The notes beneath the pieces are model-generated. The model had not been told where the DNA came from, made no database searches, and worked only from the letters and a program-made list of their open reading frames with translations. 64,000 nucleotides of DNA from an uncultured Verrucomicrobiae bacterium (GTDB lineage: Bacteria; Verrucomicrobiota; Verrucomicrobiia; Chthoniobacterales; JAFAMB01): contig CAVXLD010000005.1 of NCBI GenBank assembly GCA_963762565.1, positions 64,001 through 128,000 of the forward strand, written 5' to 3'. Every line of letters starts with the position of its first letter. Position 1 is the first letter of the stretch. Positions 1 to 10,316 of this stretch are shown piece by piece. The position numbers and the translations under genes are program-made.

Positions 1-242
1 AAACTTTCTTTGTTTTCATGGGGCTGGATTAGGTTTGACGTTGCCGCACCGTTTTGCCCTGGATGGAACGAGTGAGAGAGCCGCAGCATCCACGACACCG
101 ATTCCCGCCTATAACGGGCAACCCGACGGGCGACAGCTGATACTAGATCACAAGCAATCGACTATCTGCGACTTTAGGGTAACGTTTTCGTAACACTAGA
201 CAATTGGTCGCGTTGAATGCGAATGATGACTAGCGCTACGAC

Positions 243-986
243 GTGCCGCGAACTAGTCTTGGCGACGTCTGTCGCGGCTATTCCGAGTTTTTACGAAGCC
301 CAGCCTCGCATCCGAGGCAGCGCTCCACCACTCATCCATTCGACGCCTCGAATCGAGCTGCGGGCGAGGGTGATTTACTCTTGGCGGATGCCGGCTCGGA
401 AATTAACCGTTACGTCATCGATGTCACCCGAACTTACTTCGTCGGCGGTAACCCCGACGCGTCTCAACGTGATCTCTATCAAGTTGTACTCGCGGCCGAA
501 GAAGCTGGCATCGCTGGTTGCGTCGTTGGCGCAGAATGGAAGGAATTGCGCCTCCGCGCCGCAAAGCAGATAACCGAAGGATTGATTCAACTCGGCCTGT
601 TGCGTGGCTCTGCCGAAAGTCTGGTTGAACAAGCTGCTCATCAGCTCTTTTTCCCGCACGGGCTTGGCCATCTTGTTGGCCTCGGTGTGCGCGACGCCAG
701 CGGTCTGTTATCGGGCAGACAGAAAGATGAAAACCCGATATTTGCGATTCTCCGGATGGATCTACCGTTAGGAGAAAACTATGTGGCCACGGTCGAGCCT
801 GGGATCTATTTTATCCTGGTTATCCTCAACCATCCTACGAATCGCGAACAGTATCACGACTGCGTCAATTGGGAGTTAGCCGAACGCCACCTGAACCTCG
901 GCGGTATCCGGATCGAGGATAACGTGCTGGTTACCGCTAATGGACCAGTGGTGTCGACGAAGGATATACCGAAGGTGCTGGGGTGA
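243..986 (+). pseudogene. 5'-truncated Xaa-Pro aminopeptidase (M24B), C-terminal catalytic part
   Basis: Motifs DLLLADAG, DVTRT, HGLGHLVG, TVEPGIYF and GGIRIEDNV are present. The N-terminal domain and start of the catalytic domain are missing. Peptidase-like sequence begins right after a REP-like palindrome at ~301-329, with an apparent frameshift near 345 (IHSTP in one frame, SNRAAGEGD in another). Confidence 0.75.
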
Positions 987-1310
987 GCAGTGATCAGTGA
1001 TTAGTGATTGATGATTGGTGATTGGTGATTGGTGATTGGTGGGGCGAGGCTCCGATGAGCCGAGGCTTGTTACCAAGGGCTGCAAGCGTTTGATGTCCTT
1101 GTTGTTAATAGGCTGAGAAGTGTGCCGAGGCCTTGGTCTATGTCGTGGCCTGGCCGTGAAAGGTGGCACACCAGGGGAAACGGCTCGGCAGGCTATGCGG
1201 CCTCATGTCGGATCCCGGCCTCGGACTATCCAACACGCTGCTAATATGATCCGCTCTTTCAGGAGCCTCGCCCCACCAATCACCAATCACCAATCACTAA
1301 TCACCAATCA
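984..1310. repeat. Composite palindromic element: (TGATTGG)n - REP arm - spacer - REP arm - (CCAATCA)n
   Basis: 8 heptamers at 984-1039, arm TGGGGCGAGGCTCC at ~1040, inverted arm GGAGCCTCGCCCCA at ~1262-1275, and 5 inverted heptamers at 1276-1310. Lies between convergent genes. Confidence 0.9.
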
Positions 1311-2339
1311 CCTTCTCCGCGGCGCCGGCCCCGTGCTCTTTCGGATCATCATCTCCGGGCGGAACACGCGTCGAAGCACGGCGTCCGGAGTCCCTCGGAT
1401 TCTGGCAAACAAGATATCGAGGCTCTCACGAGCCATGATATCGAAATCAGAAGTCGCGGTGGTTAACGGCGGATGAAAGAAACGGCCTTCCGGCATATTA
1501 TCGAACCCAACCACCGAAACTTCATCCGGGACTTGGATTCCCGCCTCATGCAATGCCAACAGGGCGCCCATCGCGATCAAATCATTCGCTGCGAAGACTG
1601 CGGTAAATTTTCCGGCGGAGGTTTTAATTATTTCTTTCATGGCGTCGTACCCGCCGTCCGGTGTCCACGGGGTGTAGGTGGCCGGACCCGGTTCAAGCCC
1701 GGCTGCCTCCAACTCGGCCAGCCAACCTTTACGTCTGAGCTTAGAGCTCCGATAAGGTTGATGCCCGAGCAGGCCGGCTATCCGGGTATGGCCGAGCGAG
1801 ATCAGGTGACGCGTGGCCAATCTGGCGCCTCGAACATGATCCACTCGGAAGGATGGGAACAAATCGCCGCCGTCGATATCGAGGGTAACGAACGGAATGT
1901 TGCCCATCGCGGCAGCGAGTTTCGGTTTATCGATCTCGACCGGAACGTCGACAATGAGTCCTTCCGCGGAGGCTGCCACCAGCTGTTCGGCCCCGGTTTT
2001 CGCCTCTGCGATGGTCAAACTGCGCAGTCCAAAAATCATCAACGTGTAACCGTGCTGGCGAGCTTCCTGTTCCAAACTGAGAATCGCGTGAGCTGGGCCG
2101 TAAATCCCGGGATCATCGGTCACTAGTCCTATCACCGTAGAACGCCGATTGGCCAGAAATCGTGCAGCCTGGTTAGGTTTATACCCGAGGGCATTGATGG
2201 CTTGAAGAACTCGTTCCCGGGTTTCGGGCAAGACTCGGGGATGATTATTAATGACCCGGGAAACCGTCTGATGAGAAAGGCCTAAGACCTTAGCCACATC
2301 ATTAAGGGTTGGCGGTTTCACGCTCGAGTGATTCTTCAT
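1308..2339 (-). CDS. LacI-family transcriptional regulator
   Basis: N-terminal HTH PTLNDVAKVLGLSHQTVSRVIN, plus sugar-binding domain with VSVVGFDN and PPLTT. Confidence 0.95.
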   Translation of the reverse strand: MKNHSSVKPPTLNDVAKVLGLSHQTVSRVINNHPRVLPETRERVLQAINALGYKPNQAARFLANRRSTVIGLVTDDPGIYGPAHAILSLEQEARQHGYTLMIFGLRSLTIAEAKTGAEQLVAASAEGLIVDVPVEIDKPKLAAAMGNIPFVTLDIDGGDLFPSFRVDHVRGARLATRHLISLGHTRIAGLLGHQPYRSSKLRRKGWLAELEAAGLEPGPATYTPWTPDGGYDAMKEIIKTSAGKFTAVFAANDLIAMGALLALHEAGIQVPDEVSVVGFDNMPEGRFFHPPLTTATSDFDIMARESLDILFARIRGTPDAVLRRVFRPEMMIRKSTGPAPRRR

Positions 2340-2350
2340 AAATACAATTT

Positions 2351-2524
2351 CACCACAGAGACACAGAGGACACAGAGAGAAAGAGGAATCTGTTCACAGC
2401 AAAGGCCGCTAAGGTCGCAAAGATGAAGAGACACCATTTTGATAGGTTAGAACATTCATCTTTGTGGTCTTGGCGATCTTGTTGTAGAAGCCTTCTTCTC
2501 GGTGCACTCCGTGTCTGTGTGGTT
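2351..2524. repeat. Nested inverted 9-mer arrays (CACAGAGRR outer arms; GCAAAG/CTTTGC-type inner arms)
   Basis: caccacagagacacagaggacacagag ... ctcggtgcactccgtgtctgtgtggt encloses gcaaaggccgctaaggtcgcaaag ... ctttgtggtcttggcgatcttg. Confidence 0.8.
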
Positions 2525-2545
2525 AAATTTGAGTTGAGGTAGGGT

Positions 2546-2575
2546 TTGACGCCGCTTCATGTTGGCGCTAACATG
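2546..2575 (+). promoter_or_regulatory. Sigma70-like promoter overlapped by a LacI-type operator
   Basis: TTGACG (2546-2551), 17 nt, TAACAT (2569-2574). Near-perfect palindrome CATGTTGGCGCTAACATG (2558-2575) with central GCGC, between lacI and the ABC operon. Confidence 0.8.
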
Positions 2576-2625
2576 GCCCGGTTTTCAAGCTGTTTCTTAA
2601 CCCGGTTCCCCACTTTGAAACTACC

Positions 2626-3897
2626 GTGAAATCTACGCTCCCCCTCTGTTTGCTTGCCGCCGGCTTCATGCTGGCGTTCAACTCCGCCTTCGCGCTGGAT
2701 GCCAACGTTTCCGCAAATTTACGGCTAATGGCCTTTGGTAGCGATGCTCAACTTAAGGCAGTCAATAATGCTGTCGCCCGTTTTAACCAGAAATATCCGA
2801 ACGTAAAGGTGGAGGTGGCCATCGATCCGATTACGAGCGGCTGGGGTGACTATGTCACCCACGTTCTCTCCCAGTTCAACGCCAACAACGCCTACGACGT
2901 TTACGGAACCGCCATCGAAACTTTTAGAACTTTCGAAACGCGTAATCTGTTTATTCCGCTAGACGATTACATCGCGAGTCACGCCACTTATTCCGATTTC
3001 GATCCCTCCTTGTTCAAGTACGCCTCGAACAATGGCAAGACCTACTTTATCCCGATCGGATGGAATAACATCATGATCAACTACAACCGGAAGTTATTTA
3101 AGGCCGCCGGGGTTGATTATCCGAAGACGGGCTGGTCCTGGAACGATTTTCGGGAGACCGCCAAAAAACTAACGGTGCGGGACGCGGCGGGTAACGTAAC
3201 CCAATTCGGGTACGAAGTGCCTAACCAGTTCTTTTTCATACAGCCTTGGTTTTACTCCAACGGTACTTCAATTCTGAATGCGGATTGGACTGCCTCCAAT
3301 ATGCTGGATCCCAAGGTCTCAGAATCTCTGCAGTTTCTGTACGATCTGATTCATGTGGATAAGGTGTCGCCCATTCCTGGAAAAGACACGATGGACAACC
3401 AATTCATGGCTGGCCAGGTGGCCATGATCTCGCGGGGCCATTGGATCGTTGAAAATGCGATGGCCGCTAAGCTGGATATGGATGTCGCGATTCCACCGTC
3501 TAAGGCAAATGATTATACCGTTATCGGGTTCGGCGGCTATGGAGTATCGAGGACGTCAAAAAATCCTGATCTAGCCAAAGAGCTCATCGGCGAGCTCACC
3601 AGCTTCGAAACCCAAAAAGAAGAAGGCGAAGGCGGTGGCGGCGTGCCCGGACGGAAATCCGCGGCCGAGACACCGGTCTTTCTGGCCTATCCGCCGAGCG
3701 CAGCGCTCTACTATCAAACTTTACCGCATACCTTGCCGGTGCCGTCGCCCGCCAATTTCCAGGAGGTAGAAAAGATTTTTATTCGTAACTACACCGCGAT
3801 GATGGCGGGTGAGGTCTCAATCGCGGACGGCGTCAAACGCGCAGACAACGAAATCAACGCATCATTCAAACGGCTAGCGGAACGACAGGCGAAATAG
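2626..3897 (+). CDS. Sugar ABC transporter substrate-binding protein (family 1)
   Basis: Signal peptide ending SAFA; motifs KYPNVKVE, YNRKLFKAAGV and FMAGQVAM. Confidence 0.93.
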   Translation: MKSTLPLCLLAAGFMLAFNSAFALDANVSANLRLMAFGSDAQLKAVNNAVARFNQKYPNVKVEVAIDPITSGWGDYVTHVLSQFNANNAYDVYGTAIETFRTFETRNLFIPLDDYIASHATYSDFDPSLFKYASNNGKTYFIPIGWNNIMINYNRKLFKAAGVDYPKTGWSWNDFRETAKKLTVRDAAGNVTQFGYEVPNQFFFIQPWFYSNGTSILNADWTASNMLDPKVSESLQFLYDLIHVDKVSPIPGKDTMDNQFMAGQVAMISRGHWIVENAMAAKLDMDVAIPPSKANDYTVIGFGGYGVSRTSKNPDLAKELIGELTSFETQKEEGEGGGGVPGRKSAAETPVFLAYPPSAALYYQTLPHTLPVPSPANFQEVEKIFIRNYTAMMAGEVSIADGVKRADNEINASFKRLAERQAK

Positions 3898-3899
3898 CG

Positions 3900-4093
3900 A
3901 CCACAGATTAGTTTTAATATCCGCAGATTACGCAGCCCCGAAAGTTTCCGGGGTAAAATTACGCAGATTTCGGTTAGACGGTAGCATCCGGTCAGCGTGC
4001 TAAAGACATTATGAGGGTATATGCGATTTCTTTTGACCTCGTGCTAGATCAGAGTCCAAAACGTAATCTGCGTAATCTGTGTAATCTGCGGAT
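3900..4093. repeat. Inverted CGCAGAT-type array with nested 22-nt mini-hairpin (3936-3957)
   Basis: cgcagattacgcag[ccccgaaagtttccggggtaaa]attacgcagat ... aatctgcgtaatctgtgtaatctgcgg. Confidence 0.85.
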
Positions 4094-4135
4094 AATCATT
4101 TTCTGTTTGGCGGTTATTGGAATCTGCGGAGCAGG

Positions 4136-5038
4136 ATGTTGGCGATAGCGCGAACTAAATCCGATTTGGAGAAGGCGCAGAGCAGGGCAGGGTACCTGTT
4201 CATACTGCCGTCGTCGGTTCTCTATGCGGTTTTCGTACTGGCGCCGGTTATCGTTACCTTCATCCTGAGTTTTACCTACTACGACCCTATGGCCGGTTCA
4301 CATTGGGTAGGGTTCGAGAATTTTCAGCGCTTTTTCACCGGCGATCGATCGCTCCAGATTTTTGGAAACACGCTCTGTTTTGCCCTTTTCGCTGTCACGG
4401 GAAACGTTGTGGTAGGACTTTTGCTTGCGCTCGCCCTTAACCGGGCGATGCCCGCATTCCTGCTGTACCTGTTCCGGCTGGCGTACTTTTTACCCGTTAT
4501 CATTGCAGCTGCGTTCGTCTCAATTGTCTGGGGATATTTCTATGGCGACGATCTTGGGGTAATTAACTACTATCTCATTCATCTCGGTCTAACACCGATT
4601 CATTGGCTGACGTCAAGCCACACCGCCATGATGTCGATCGTCATTATGGACGTTTGGAAAAACACCGGTTTTTTCATGATCATTTTTATCGCGGCTTTGC
4701 AAGGTGTACCAAAGAACATCCTGGATGCTGCCATCATGGATGGCTCCTCTTACTGGCGCCGGTTCTTCCGCATCGTGTTGCCCTGGATCTCGCCGGTCGT
4801 TTTCTTCGGGATCGTCTATGCCTCGATTGGTGCGCTCCAGGTTTACGAGTCGATCGTGATTCTTACCCGCGGCGGACCGGGAGATGCCACCCGGTCGATG
4901 TCGATTTATATCGTAGAGGAAGCATTCGATAATTTTGAGATCGGTTATGCTGCCTCGATCTCGGTCATCATGACTTTAGTAATTTTAGTCATTACTACGG
5001 TCCAGTTGGTCGCCTCCCGCCGTTGGGTCCGGCACTAG
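4136..5038 (+). CDS. Sugar ABC transporter permease
   Basis: Hydrophobic helices, EAA-like loop DAAIMDGSSYWRRFFRIVLP, and LTRGGPG. Confidence 0.95.
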   Translation: MLAIARTKSDLEKAQSRAGYLFILPSSVLYAVFVLAPVIVTFILSFTYYDPMAGSHWVGFENFQRFFTGDRSLQIFGNTLCFALFAVTGNVVVGLLLALALNRAMPAFLLYLFRLAYFLPVIIAAAFVSIVWGYFYGDDLGVINYYLIHLGLTPIHWLTSSHTAMMSIVIMDVWKNTGFFMIIFIAALQGVPKNILDAAIMDGSSYWRRFFRIVLPWISPVVFFGIVYASIGALQVYESIVILTRGGPGDATRSMSIYIVEEAFDNFEIGYAASISVIMTLVILVITTVQLVASRRWVRH

Positions 5039-5087
5039 AGAGGGGAGGTGATTAGTGAGAGGTGATTGGTGAGAGAGTGAAAGTGTA

Positions 5088-5927
5088 ATGCAAACTAAAA
5101 CTGCTCAGCGTTTGATTGACCGCATCATTATCGCCGTTATGGCGGTATTGGGTGTGTTCATGGTGCTGCCGTTCTCCTGGTTGTTTAGCATGTCGTTCCG
5201 AGCGCCAGGTGAAGCTTATAAAATGCCGCCGAGCTTTCTCCCGCCAAATCTGGACTTCAGGAACTATTGGGCCGTTTTGCATTCCAGTGTGCCTTTCTTA
5301 CAGATTTATTGGAACAGCCTAATGGTGGCGGTGGTGGTAACCGTTGGCCAACTCATTACCTGTACCCTGGCGGCTTTTGCCTTTGCCCGGCTGAAGTTTC
5401 CCGGACGGGACAGTATATTCTTTGTATTCTTGATCGGACTGATGTTTCCAGCCCAGGTTACGATCATTCCGATCTATCTCGGATTTGCCAAGGTCGGTTT
5501 GTTGAATCATCCCATCGGTCTGGCGCTAATGTATCTAACCTCCAGTTTTGGTATCTTCTTAGTTCGCCAATTCATGCGGTCACAGCCAAAAGCTTTGGAA
5601 GAGGCCGCCCTGATGGATGGAGCCGGTTACTTCAAAATCTTTTATCGAATTTCATTGCCGCAATTAAGACCGGCGCTCTCAGCGCTCGGGATCATAACCT
5701 TTACGCAGACCTGGAATTACTATTTCCAAGCCCGCGTATTGTTGGAGCCTCATTCTGCGATGACGCTGCCGATTGCTATGGACGTGCTCCGCGGATACAT
5801 GGCCTCGGGGAATCTATCGGTGGTGATGGCTGCTATGAGCATGGCCGTGTTGCCGGTGATCCTGATCTTTTTGTTAGCCCAGAAGTTGGTGATCGAAGGC
5901 GTGGCCATGAGCGGGATTAAGTCATGA
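5088..5927 (+). CDS. Sugar ABC transporter permease
   Basis: EAA motif EEAALMDGAG, and FPGRD. Confidence 0.95.
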   Translation: MQTKTAQRLIDRIIIAVMAVLGVFMVLPFSWLFSMSFRAPGEAYKMPPSFLPPNLDFRNYWAVLHSSVPFLQIYWNSLMVAVVVTVGQLITCTLAAFAFARLKFPGRDSIFFVFLIGLMFPAQVTIIPIYLGFAKVGLLNHPIGLALMYLTSSFGIFLVRQFMRSQPKALEEAALMDGAGYFKIFYRISLPQLRPALSALGIITFTQTWNYYFQARVLLEPHSAMTLPIAMDVLRGYMASGNLSVVMAAMSMAVLPVILIFLLAQKLVIEGVAMSGIKS

Positions 5928-5959
5928 AGGGGGGTGCGTGGGATGGATTCGGTCGGAAC

Positions 5960-6069
5960 GTTCCGACCGCTTCGGCCTTGCAAGCAAGGCGCGCTCCACG
6001 GTTCCGACCGGCCTCGCAAGCGAGGCAGCGCTCCAGGGTTCCGACCGAGTGGCCTCGCAGCGCTCCACA
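5960..6069. repeat. Cluster of three REP-like units (GCCTCGCAAGCGAGGC-GCGCTCCA family)
   Basis: Three tandem ttccgacc...gcctcgc...gcgctcca units inside the operon. Confidence 0.8.
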
Positions 6070-6079
6070 GTTTTAACCA

Positions 6080-8824
6080 ATGCAGGACACAATAAATTCC
6101 CACAACTCTCCCATCGATAATCGTTTCATTTATACTGGTGAACGCCTCAGATATGTCGCATTTCCGCTAGGCGGAATTGGCACTGGCAGCGTGTCGTTAA
6201 CCGGCAGTGGCCGCTTGGTCGATTGGAGCATTCGCAACCGGCCCGCTATCCATCAATTCAACGGCTACAGCCATTTCGCGATCAAGGCAGAACAGAACGG
6301 TAAGTTGCTAGGCGCACGAGTGCTGAATGGTCCATACGAAGGAGTGCCGGCCGGTTCGCCTAGCGTGCGTAAATTCGACGGCTTCGGATTTGGCGCCAAC
6401 CGCGATACCCTAGCCGGAGTTCCACATTTCGACGATGTGACTTTTATCGGCCGGTTTCCAGTGGCTGAACTGGAATTTCATCATGCTGGGTTTCCTGGCA
6501 AGGTCCGGATGACAGCGTTTAGCCCGTTTATTCCGCATAACGACCGGGACTCATCGATGCCGGTCGCCTTGTTCCGGTTCAGTGTCGAAAACAACACGGG
6601 GTCGCCGATCGACTACACAATAGCAGGAACCGCGGGGAACTACGGTTGTGACAGTGGTGTTCACAGCTTCTATCAGAAGAATGGGATAAGTATTCTCCAT
6701 TTCACACCCGCTGGAGGCGGAGCAGCGGGGGAACAGGGTGACTTAGCCATCATCACAGATGGTGAAGATGTCGAGCATGTCGATTACCATTTCCGCGGGC
6801 AATGGTTCGATAGCCTGGCTTGTTATTGGCGAGAGTTTTCCCGGCCAGGCAGACTCAGCCAACGCAGTTATCAAAAGCCGCGCGGTGTCGGTAACATGTT
6901 TCAGCAGCCTGAGCATGGCACCCTGGCAGTTCGGCTACGGATTGAGCCGGGGGAGACGCGGCATATGCGTTTCACACTGAGCTGGAACTATCCTTTCGGG
7001 AGTATCTACTGGTTTAATCGCGAAGGACCTGGCAGTCCCAGTTATGCGGGGATACCGCCAACCTGGAAAAACTATTACTCAACTCAGTGGTTAGACTCGG
7101 CAGCGAGCGGGATAGACGCATTCCAACGTTGGGAGACCCTGGAAACCCAGACGGTGGCCTTCCGCGATTCGTTATTTGATTCGTCATTGCCTCCGGAGAT
7201 CATTGATGCCGTAAACGGCACCCTCGGGATTCTTCGTTCGGCCACAGTTATCCGGCTGGAGGGCGGAGAGCTCTGGGGATGGGAAGGGCAACATCCCAGC
7301 GAAGGATCCTGTGAGGGAAGCTGTACTCACGTTTGGAACTACCAGCAAACACTGGCTAATCTATTCCCTGCGCTGGAAAGGTCCCTGCGCGAAACCGAAT
7401 TCACCTACAACCAGTTACCGAATGGCGGGCTAACTTTTCGGCAGCGGCTTCCGCTCGGGTCCGGGTTCGACATCATTGGTCCCTGTGCTGACGGTCATTT
7501 CGGCGCGATCATCAAAGCGTATCGCGAATGGAAGAACCTGGGCGACGACGAATGGTTGCGCCGGTTTTGGCCGAATATTAAACGCGCTCTCGAGTACGCT
7601 TGGTCACCGGAGAACCCGGATCAATGGGATCCTAAAAAAACCGGCGTACTATGGGGACGCCAACATCACACCTTGGATATGGAGTTGTTCGGTCCAAGCT
7701 CGTGGTTGACTACTATGTATTTAGCCGCGTTGAAAGCGGGTGCGGCGATGGCGCAGGCAATCGGCGACTCTGATTTTGCCGCAGAATGCTCAAAGCTGGC
7801 TGCAAAAGGGGGAGCCTACGTGGATAGCGAGCTATTCAATGGCCGCTACTATATTCAAAAACTTGATCTAACTGATCGGTCCCTGCTCGCGCCCTTCGAT
7901 CAGAATCGCAAAGCGGGCGTGCTTCGGGAGCCATTCATGGAAGCATATTGGTCTGAGGAATATGGCGAAATTAAGTACCAGATCGGTGAAGGATGCCTTA
8001 CCGATCAAATCCTCGGTCAATGGCATGCGGATATCGCTGGCCTCGGCGATCTGCTGGCGCCGGCAAACATGCTGACGGCTCTCAAAACCGTGTTCGAGCA
8101 GAATTATCTTGCTGACCTCCGAGATCATTTTAATCCGTGCCGGGTATACGCATACGAAATCGAGGGCGGCTTGGTGAATTGCACCTGGCCGGAAGGTGTG
8201 ACGAAAGCGGCATTGCCGGTACCCTACGCGGAAGAAGTCTGGACCGGGCTGGAATACATGATGGCTTCGCATCTAATTCTGCGCGGGCTGGTGGAGGAAG
8301 GTCTTATCATTGTTCGGAGCGCCCGGGCGCGCCATGATGGCTCCCGGCGTAACCCGTGGAACGACATGGAGTGCGGTAGCTACTATATGCGGGCGCTATC
8401 CAGTTATGCTTTGGTGGACGCGTACTCCGGTTTTAGCTTCGATCAGCGTTCCGGGGAAATCGGCCTAAGACCTGCCCGCTCCGAAGATGGGATTTATTTT
8501 TGGTCGGCTGGACGCGGTTGGGGTGTGATCGAAGACAAAAATGCTCGCGTAACGATCAACGTGAAAGGTGGCGAATTGAAAGTTTCCCGGCTTCGCCTTC
8601 CCGGTCGCTCTTGGAACTCGGTTAAAGTGGATGGGCTAACCGTTGGCCGCGATGACGATGTTATTTTACTCGGAAAAGAACGAATCCTGAAGGCCGGTGA
8701 CTGTTTGACCGTTGAATTCGAATCGCGAATGGATCCGACTTCGCCCAGAGTTGAACCAACGGCATCACAGAGCTCAGGCTCCGTCGGAGAGGCTGCGAAT
8801 AACAACACGCATGGCGAAGCTTGA
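6080..8824 (+). CDS. GH116-family glycoside hydrolase (non-lysosomal glucosylceramidase-like)
   Basis: N-terminal VAFPLGGIGTG and SPFIPHNDRDSSMP. Catalytic-domain motifs WGWEG, CTHVWNY, HHTLDME, EVWTG and ECGSYYMR. No signal peptide. Confidence 0.9.
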   Translation: MQDTINSHNSPIDNRFIYTGERLRYVAFPLGGIGTGSVSLTGSGRLVDWSIRNRPAIHQFNGYSHFAIKAEQNGKLLGARVLNGPYEGVPAGSPSVRKFDGFGFGANRDTLAGVPHFDDVTFIGRFPVAELEFHHAGFPGKVRMTAFSPFIPHNDRDSSMPVALFRFSVENNTGSPIDYTIAGTAGNYGCDSGVHSFYQKNGISILHFTPAGGGAAGEQGDLAIITDGEDVEHVDYHFRGQWFDSLACYWREFSRPGRLSQRSYQKPRGVGNMFQQPEHGTLAVRLRIEPGETRHMRFTLSWNYPFGSIYWFNREGPGSPSYAGIPPTWKNYYSTQWLDSAASGIDAFQRWETLETQTVAFRDSLFDSSLPPEIIDAVNGTLGILRSATVIRLEGGELWGWEGQHPSEGSCEGSCTHVWNYQQTLANLFPALERSLRETEFTYNQLPNGGLTFRQRLPLGSGFDIIGPCADGHFGAIIKAYREWKNLGDDEWLRRFWPNIKRALEYAWSPENPDQWDPKKTGVLWGRQHHTLDMELFGPSSWLTTMYLAALKAGAAMAQAIGDSDFAAECSKLAAKGGAYVDSELFNGRYYIQKLDLTDRSLLAPFDQNRKAGVLREPFMEAYWSEEYGEIKYQIGEGCLTDQILGQWHADIAGLGDLLAPANMLTALKTVFEQNYLADLRDHFNPCRVYAYEIEGGLVNCTWPEGVTKAALPVPYAEEVWTGLEYMMASHLILRGLVEEGLIIVRSARARHDGSRRNPWNDMECGSYYMRALSSYALVDAYSGFSFDQRSGEIGLRPARSEDGIYFWSAGRGWGVIEDKNARVTINVKGGELKVSRLRLPGRSWNSVKVDGLTVGRDDDVILLGKERILKAGDCLTVEFESRMDPTSPRVEPTASQSSGSVGEAANNNTHGEA

Positions 8825-9926
8825 ACTAAAAGACGTGCGCAAAAGCTTCCAATCGCTGGAAGTGATTCATGGCATCAATCTGACCGTTGAGGACGGATCT
8901 TTCACGGTGTTTGTGGGACCGTCCGGCTGCGGTAAGTCGACGTTGTTAAGGATGATCGCCGGCCTTGAAGAATTGAGCTCTGGTGAAGTCCACATCGGCG
9001 GCAAACGGTGCGATCATCTGCTGCCGTCGGCGCGGGGGATGGCGATGGTTTTCCAAACCTACGCTCTTTATCCGCACATGAGCGTGTATGAAAATCTAAG
9101 GTTTGGTCTGACGAATCAGAAACTACCGAAGGCGGAGATAGACGCACGCATCCGGCGTGCAGCCGATATTTTACGAATCTCGGAGCTCCTCTCGCGACGG
9201 CCATCTCAACTTTCCGGCGGCCAGAGCCAACGGGTTGCCATCGGCCGCGCGATTGTAAAGGAGCCGGATGCGTTTCTATTTGATGAACCGTTGTCCAATC
9301 TCGACGCAGAGTTACGGGTCAAAATGCGGAGTGAGATCGTGAGCCTTCATCGTCGGCTGAAATCGACCATGGTGTATGTCACGCATGATCAAGTCGAAGC
9401 AATGACCATGGCGGATCGGATTGTGGTTTTGCGGGAAGGCGTTGTGGAACAAATCGGCGCGCCGATCGAGCTCTACGCCCGGCCACGCAACCAATTTGTT
9501 GCCTGCTTTCTTGGCACCCCACAAATGAATCTCCTGAAAGCGAAGGTCCAGAGCACGAACGTAAAAGCGATGAATCTTACGATCGATGACGGGCGGGCGA
9601 CGATCGATGCCGCGGCGAATGGAGAGGGCGCTCCGATTGGTGCAGGTTGTAACCTAGGCATCCGTCCCGAGCATCTTTCCCTATCGGATAATGGCCCAAT
9701 CAAAGCGACCGTCATTGCCACCGAGATGCTCGGTTCCGAGACGATCGTCTTCGCTGGTCTGCAATCAGGCGAGAATGTAACCGCTTCAATCCGCGGAATT
9801 CGCAGCTTGCCTCAAGGCACAGCGATTCAGCTGTCCGTCAGTTCACGTTTTGTTCACGTGTTCGATGATAACGGGCTCGCTCTCCCTTCGCTCCGGCCGT
9901 GGCGGGAAGACTATCTCGAAGCATAG
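8811..9926 (+). CDS. Sugar ABC transporter ATP-binding protein (MalK-like)
   Basis: Walker A GPSGCGKST, LSGGQ signature, FDEPLSNLD and a TOBE tail. ATG at 8811 preferred over the ORF start at 8712. Confidence 0.95.
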   Translation: MAKLELKDVRKSFQSLEVIHGINLTVEDGSFTVFVGPSGCGKSTLLRMIAGLEELSSGEVHIGGKRCDHLLPSARGMAMVFQTYALYPHMSVYENLRFGLTNQKLPKAEIDARIRRAADILRISELLSRRPSQLSGGQSQRVAIGRAIVKEPDAFLFDEPLSNLDAELRVKMRSEIVSLHRRLKSTMVYVTHDQVEAMTMADRIVVLREGVVEQIGAPIELYARPRNQFVACFLGTPQMNLLKAKVQSTNVKAMNLTIDDGRATIDAAANGEGAPIGAGCNLGIRPEHLSLSDNGPIKATVIATEMLGSETIVFAGLQSGENVTASIRGIRSLPQGTAIQLSVSSRFVHVFDDNGLALPSLRPWREDYLEA

Positions 9927-9938
9927 GAGCTTCGAGAA

Positions 9939-10005
9939 TAGCCAATAGCCAATAGCCAAGGTGGCCGCTTCGCAGATGACAAATGACAAATGACAGATGA
10001 CAGAT
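9939..10005 (+). repeat. Heptamer arrays (TAGCCAA)3 and (TGACARA)4
   Basis: Read directly downstream of the ATPase stop. Confidence 0.85.
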
Positions 10006-10042
10006 TGGATCTGGGGGTGGCATGTCATGGAGCGCGGCGCAT

Positions 10043-10315
10043 GAGGCGCGAAGCGTTTAGCCCGGAATATTTCGGGGCGGGAAAGACTTAAGCCTAGGGT
10101 GAGTTTCCGAGCCCTAGGTAAATCAAATTAAGAGGGTCTCGCGCTGAAGCCGCGAAAGAAGCGATTGGTCGGAGATTGGCGCGACTGGATCCTTCACGTG
10201 AGTACAACCCCAGAATCGATTCTTGCGCGCCTTCAGCGCCAATCATTTTTTCTAACCGCATACCTAAGGGCTCGCAGACTCACCTAGGCTATAATCTATC
10301 AGCGCTTCGCGCCTC
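10043..10315. repeat. REPIN/MITE-like multi-palindrome element
   Basis: Termini gaggcgcgaagcg ... cgcttcgcgcctc, with internal inverted pairs agcctagggtgagt/actcacctaggct and gcgctgaag/cttcagcgc. Confidence 0.75.
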
Positions 10316-10316
10316 G

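Noticed and set aside
5960..6069. Three short palindromic repeats as a mini-CRISPR
   Set aside because: Spacers are too short and similar to each other, and the unit is dispersed elsewhere as a REP-like element.
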